A stretch of DNA of 64,000 nt, taken from contig JBKBWQ010000001.1 in NCBI GenBank assembly GCA_046314355.1, forward strand, positions 1,376,001 through 1,440,000, read 5' to 3'. The stretch's first letter is position 1; each line of letters starts with the position of its first letter. Shown in pieces: positions 59,575 through 64,000 of this stretch. The DNA is from Candidatus Altimarinota bacterium. GTDB taxonomy: Bacteria; Patescibacteriota; Gracilibacteria; 1-14-2-50-48-13. Made by a program: the position numbers and the translations under genes. The notes beneath the pieces were generated by a model. It ran no database searches. It was not told the origin of the DNA and saw only the letters and a program-made list of their open reading frames with translations.

Positions 59575-62500
59575 ATGAAAGTCCTTCTCAGGCTTCAAAC
59601 ACTTTTACTTTCAATGGTACTTATCGGGTGTGTGTCGGGAGTAGTGCCTCCAAGTGCGGAGGCAGCAGATTCTGAGAGCTTTGGGGTGCATCTTTCCCAG
59701 CCGTCATATAAAAATGGTGAGCAGATGGTAGTAAAAGCAGATTTATCTACATATGAACATATAAAGCAGGTCTATGCTGTTATAAAAGAAACTGATGTGA
59801 AATTTCCGCTTTTCTTAGATAAGGATGGGGAATGGAGAGGTACCTGGAGTGTACAGGGGCTAGAAGAATTAAAGTATACACTGTATGTGCATGCTTTTTT
59901 AAGTGACGGTACAGAGGTCCGCTCAAATCCGACTGAGTTCTCAGATCCAGTATTTGGAAATACCAGTCTTGGAAATACTGCATATCCGGAAGGAGGACTT
60001 GCAAAGTTATCTAATACTCTCGTAGAAGGAACTTTAAGCTTCTTTAGAGATACTCAATATGATGCTGATGATGGATTCGCATATACTTCATCTTATGGTC
60101 CAGCTCTTTCAAGAATACTTAAAATACGTACCTCAGATTTCAAGAATGTTGCACAGCTTGATCTGCCTAATCCAGACTGGGCAGGAGATATATTTATTGA
60201 TAAAGATGACGATCGTATTCTAATGATAAATTATGATTCCCCCTCTACTGTAACGAAGGTAAGGCTGTCAGACTTTTCATATCAGGGAACTTTTACGATA
60301 GATCTCAATGGTATATATCCAGGTATAATGAGCTTCGATAAGGAAAATGATATGATGTATATCCCCACAGATGATACGCCGTCAACGGTCTATAAGGTGG
60401 ATATGAATACAGAATTAGTCCTGACAAGTCTTACGCTTGATGCGGGGGAAGACTATATCTATAACTTTTATATAGATCCTGTCGCTCAGAAGGCTTATGC
60501 CACCACCTATACATCTCCTATCTCACTAGTGAAGATCGATCTTGCGACAATGACTAGAGAAGATGCTCTTGTGCTTTCATCTGACATGAATGATGCATGG
60601 CTTTCAGTACCAGATGATACATTTACGAAAATGTATGTGATTGCAGATACGACTCAGTCTTATATTGCACGTATTGATCTGGCAACCATGACGGAAGAAG
60701 ACGTAGTACCACTGGATGTGACAGATATATATCCAGGTTCAATGATATATAACCCGGATGATGATAAAATATACTTCTCTGTAAGTGACACTAATATTGG
60801 TGGAAGGATAGTAAGAGTTGATGCGGCTACACTTACTCGTGAGGCTGAATCCCAGCTGCTCATAGATGAACAATATATTAAAATTGAGTTCATAGACCCG
60901 GCATCTCAGTATATGTATGTAAGAATCAGTACTGATAAAGGAATCCTGACAAGAGTTGATCTCAATACTTTTACACGCCTGGACTCTATCCAGGTCAATG
61001 GAGACGGAAGCCGAGATCTCTCTGTAGCATCAGTGGCAGATACAGAGAACAGATTTGGATACTATGTGATGGGCAGCACGCCTGGTGCAGTAGTGAAAGT
61101 AAATCTTGATACTCAAAGAGAGCTAGATATCAAATCCTTTGGGACAGGGGAAGCGGGAGCAAAAGCAGTAATTATAGATAAACAGAATCAGTTTTTGTAT
61201 GTCGGTATTAATAGTACAACGGGTGGTATCAATGATAAGATTTTGAAATATAATTTATCCAACTTTACTCTCGCGGGTACTCTGGATCTGGGATCCAACG
61301 CCTATAACCTTATTTCTGCTTCCATTGATGAGGCCAATACACTTGGATATTTCGGTAGCGCTGGAGCACCGGGTAAAGTCCTTAAAGTGCATCTTCCATC
61401 CATGACGCTTGATACGGAGACAACGCTTACTACTTCACAGGACAATCCTACTGCTTCTCTAGTGCTGGGAGGTTATGTGTACTTGACGACTGAGAATTTA
61501 AGTAGAGATATTGCTATGATTGTACGTCTCGATAAAGATACTCTTGCAGTCGATAAAGTTCAGACTGTAAGAGTGTACGGTTATGGAGTAGAGAGTTTTA
61601 AGTCTATTTTCTATGATGCAAAAGTTGATAAAATCTATGCATTGGATTATCAGACACTCTACGTCATCTCGCCTGATAATTTTCAGATAGATAAAGAATA
61701 CGATCTCGTGAGTGCACATGGTGAGAGCAGACATTCTCCATTTTATTACGGCATGCCTGATATACCTACTACAGCGGTATTTGATGCAGAAGGTGGGAAT
61801 ATCTATGTCACATCCTATTATCCAACAGTTGTAGTAAAGATTAAGCCTCGTGAAGGCATCATTGCATGGCTTAAGTCACTTCCGACTGGGACCTTCGATG
61901 AGTACTCGACTAGTGTTCTTTTTGATGATAAGACAGGACAGCTGCTTATTGGTACGATGAATTATCCAAGCCGTATTATTACTTTCCGAGTAAGTCCGGA
62001 AGGGTATATCTCTGGTACAAAGATTACTTTGCCTGAAAATGCAGGAACAGTGGATAAGGTAAAATTCTACTCTCATCAGGTAGCAGGAAATGTGAGACTG
62101 GCACTCTATGATAATGCAAAAAATCTTGTTTGGCAGAGTGCAGATATCACCGTAACAAAAGAAAATGACTGGCAGGAAGTAGATATTTCTACTGGTTCTC
62201 CATCCACACTTGCTAATCTTCCGGCAGGTGAATACTGGGCTGCTTTCCAAACAAATAGCGGAGCAAGTACCATGAGTTTCTCTCAGGGAAACACGGATTC
62301 AGGATTTGAACTTGCATCTGCCTACGGCACGTTCCCAGCTGCGGTGACAGGTGAGACTTTGACTTCCGGAAACTGGTCTATAGCCTTTGTCTATAACACA
62401 GCAACTGCTCCTGCGGGAAATACTAATTATCCAAATGGAAACATGAAGAGAGTTGGAAATATCGACCTACCATCTTGGGGAGATGATGTACTTTCAAGTG

Positions 62501-64000
62501 TGATCGACCCTGTGAAAAATATTGCATATATTTCTACAGTGTACGGAGAGATCATGAAATATGATATTACAACAAGCAAGGTAACTTCACAGAAGCAGAT
62601 GGGAGCATTGGGAATCGGAATGAGTGTTTCAGTGCTGGATTCTACTGGAACTTATGGTTACTATATCGCAAGTGACGGCAGTCCGAGACGTCATGTAGTG
62701 ATGAAAATCCGTATGAGCGATCTAGAGATTATGGATACCGTTCGTCTTGAGTTAGGTACAAGTATCTTGCTTCATGGTATGATTCTTGATCCGGCAAATA
62801 CCTACGGGTACATTATGGATGATGCAAATAACCGTGTGATTAAAGTGCGTCTCAGTGATATGACTCTTCTGGATAGTCTTGCATTTACCAATCTTGAGAA
62901 CCCTCATGCTCATCCGATCATCGATAGTACTACAAATATGATGTATGTGAGCGTGGGATACGGTGATCCTGAGAGAAAAATAATTAAAATTGATCTTTCT
63001 ACATTTACCCGAGTTGGTGAACTCTATGGTCCATCAGGAGATATGTTCCTTTCACCTGATAAGCAGTATATTTACTCTCTTGTTCAGCAGAATCTAGCAT
63101 CAGGTACTGACATTAAACGAATCAAATTGAGTGATTTTAGCGTAGATGCTTCTGCCGTTCTTGCCACACAGCTTGGAGATCCGACCTTTGGATTTCTGGA
63201 TGCTACGGGAACCTTTGGATACTTCATGGATAGCTCTTCTGATCCAGTACCTTTTCTCAAAGTAAACCTCTCAACTCTTGCTCTTGATACTCAGCTTGCA
63301 CTTCCTCTAGGATTTGAAAATCCTCTGGATGTCCTCTACGACGCTGACAGCGGAAAAGCCTTTGCAGTGAATGAGGATTACCCAACCAAAGTAATACGGA
63401 TCGATGTTCCTACATTTAGTGTAGAGACTACGACAACTCTTCCTTATGAATATGGAGAATCCTATGTACTATCCTTCGATCCTGTTCATAGAAAGATGTA
63501 TTCCATGTCCTATTTCCAAGAGGGAAAGATCGGAGTATTTGACATAGATGGAAATGGATATCCGGTAGATGTGGAACTAGGCGGAGGTCGTGAAGTAGAT
63601 TATGAGAGAAAAGGATTCTTTGATCCGAGTTATTCATTCCTTTATTGGCCAAGCAGCAATCGTCAGAAGTATTATAAAATAAGTACGGCAACAAATACCT
63701 ATGATGGTGAGCTTACACTTCCTGCAGGTGATACATATGCAACTAGTGTATTCCATCCTGACGGCAGTACACTTTATACTGGTGTGACATCCGTCGCAGG
63801 TAGAAAAATACTAAAGATTGATCCGACTACTCTTGCAGTGACTCAAACTTCAGCGGCTCATTCAGATATTTCTGATCTGGTTTCCTTTGTCTATGATGAG
63901 CAGAATGATAAGATTATTGCTATGACTCGAGTAGGAGCAGGATTTAAAATTATCCGCTTTGATGCAACTACACTTGCAAGAGAGACTGAATTCTCAGTAC
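59575..64000 (+). CDS. large secreted multi-beta-propeller-like surface protein, 3' truncated (>1470 aa), not in the ORF track
   Basis: Frame 1 from ATG 59575 (MKVLLRLQ...SAEAA signal peptide) with no stop seen to the window end; ~45-aa repeats D....Y(G)Y.......VVK(I/V)DL.T. Confidence 0.8.
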   Translation, partial: MKVLLRLQTLLLSMVLIGCVSGVVPPSAEAADSESFGVHLSQPSYKNGEQMVVKADLSTYEHIKQVYAVIKETDVKFPLFLDKDGEWRGTWSVQGLEELKYTLYVHAFLSDGTEVRSNPTEFSDPVFGNTSLGNTAYPEGGLAKLSNTLVEGTLSFFRDTQYDADDGFAYTSSYGPALSRILKIRTSDFKNVAQLDLPNPDWAGDIFIDKDDDRILMINYDSPSTVTKVRLSDFSYQGTFTIDLNGIYPGIMSFDKENDMMYIPTDDTPSTVYKVDMNTELVLTSLTLDAGEDYIYNFYIDPVAQKAYATTYTSPISLVKIDLATMTREDALVLSSDMNDAWLSVPDDTFTKMYVIADTTQSYIARIDLATMTEEDVVPLDVTDIYPGSMIYNPDDDKIYFSVSDTNIGGRIVRVDAATLTREAESQLLIDEQYIKIEFIDPASQYMYVRISTDKGILTRVDLNTFTRLDSIQVNGDGSRDLSVASVADTENRFGYYVMGSTPGAVVKVNLDTQRELDIKSFGTGEAGAKAVIIDKQNQFLYVGINSTTGGINDKILKYNLSNFTLAGTLDLGSNAYNLISASIDEANTLGYFGSAGAPGKVLKVHLPSMTLDTETTLTTSQDNPTASLVLGGYVYLTTENLSRDIAMIVRLDKDTLAVDKVQTVRVYGYGVESFKSIFYDAKVDKIYALDYQTLYVISPDNFQIDKEYDLVSAHGESRHSPFYYGMPDIPTTAVFDAEGGNIYVTSYYPTVVVKIKPREGIIAWLKSLPTGTFDEYSTSVLFDDKTGQLLIGTMNYPSRIITFRVSPEGYISGTKITLPENAGTVDKVKFYSHQVAGNVRLALYDNAKNLVWQSADITVTKENDWQEVDISTGSPSTLANLPAGEYWAAFQTNSGASTMSFSQGNTDSGFELASAYGTFPAAVTGETLTSGNWSIAFVYNTATAPAGNTNYPNGNMKRVGNIDLPSWGDDVLSSVIDPVKNIAYISTVYGEIMKYDITTSKVTSQKQMGALGIGMSVSVLDSTGTYGYYIASDGSPRRHVVMKIRMSDLEIMDTVRLELGTSILLHGMILDPANTYGYIMDDANNRVIKVRLSDMTLLDSLAFTNLENPHAHPIIDSTTNMMYVSVGYGDPERKIIKIDLSTFTRVGELYGPSGDMFLSPDKQYIYSLVQQNLASGTDIKRIKLSDFSVDASAVLATQLGDPTFGFLDATGTFGYFMDSSSDPVPFLKVNLSTLALDTQLALPLGFENPLDVLYDADSGKAFAVNEDYPTKVIRIDVPTFSVETTTTLPYEYGESYVLSFDPVHRKMYSMSYFQEGKIGVFDIDGNGYPVDVELGGGREVDYERKGFFDPSYSFLYWPSSNRQKYYKISTATNTYDGELTLPAGDTYATSVFHPDGSTLYTGVTSVAGRKILKIDPTTLAVTQTSAAHSDISDLVSFVYDEQNDKIIAMTRVGAGFKIIRFDATTLARETEFSV

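Noticed and set aside
59780-63694. Minus-strand ORFs near the window end
   Set aside because: Shadows of the long plus-strand frame starting at 59575.
1-64000. CRISPR array, rRNA gene, integrase or transposase
   Set aside because: No regularly spaced direct repeats, rRNA signatures or recombinase motifs were seen.
1-64000. Alternative genetic code (TGA=Gly, code 25)
   Set aside because: Conserved genes are full length under code 11, and gmk, the HD gene and a DHFR-like gene end at TGA at the expected positions.

Overview
Bacterial chromosomal window read with genetic code 11 (TGA ends gmk and several other genes). AT-rich, mostly SD-less core genes, giant SLH surface proteins and many orphans suggest a CPR/Patescibacteria-like host (inference). 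Bases 1-30.8 kb are backbone: a DabAB-type inorganic carbon pump, hemW, ruvB, a 2780-aa SLH protein with glycosyltransferases, trmD, a cysteine desulfurase, M3 peptidase, serS, gmk and tRNA-Gln(CUG), scattered with GTCA-tagged palindromic repeats. Directly after the tRNA is an AT-rich ~8.5 kb island with an unusual biosynthetic cluster: CofE-like ligase, archaeal-type SAM synthetase, HprK-like kinase, Mesh1-like HD hydrolase, two glycosyltransferases, AroE-like dehydrogenase and a TIM-barrel/Gfo-Idh-MocA fusion. Bases 39.4-59.4 kb are small stress/detox genes, Fic plus a candidate HEPN protein, pyruvate oxidase, an internally deleted Ku next to intact LigD, and a KGG protein. The window ends inside a >1470-aa secreted beta-propeller-like protein. 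A promoter-boxA-stem-terminator non-coding unit at 26.8-27.1 kb is a strong unannotated ncRNA candidate. All product calls are from motif recognition only; no searches were run.
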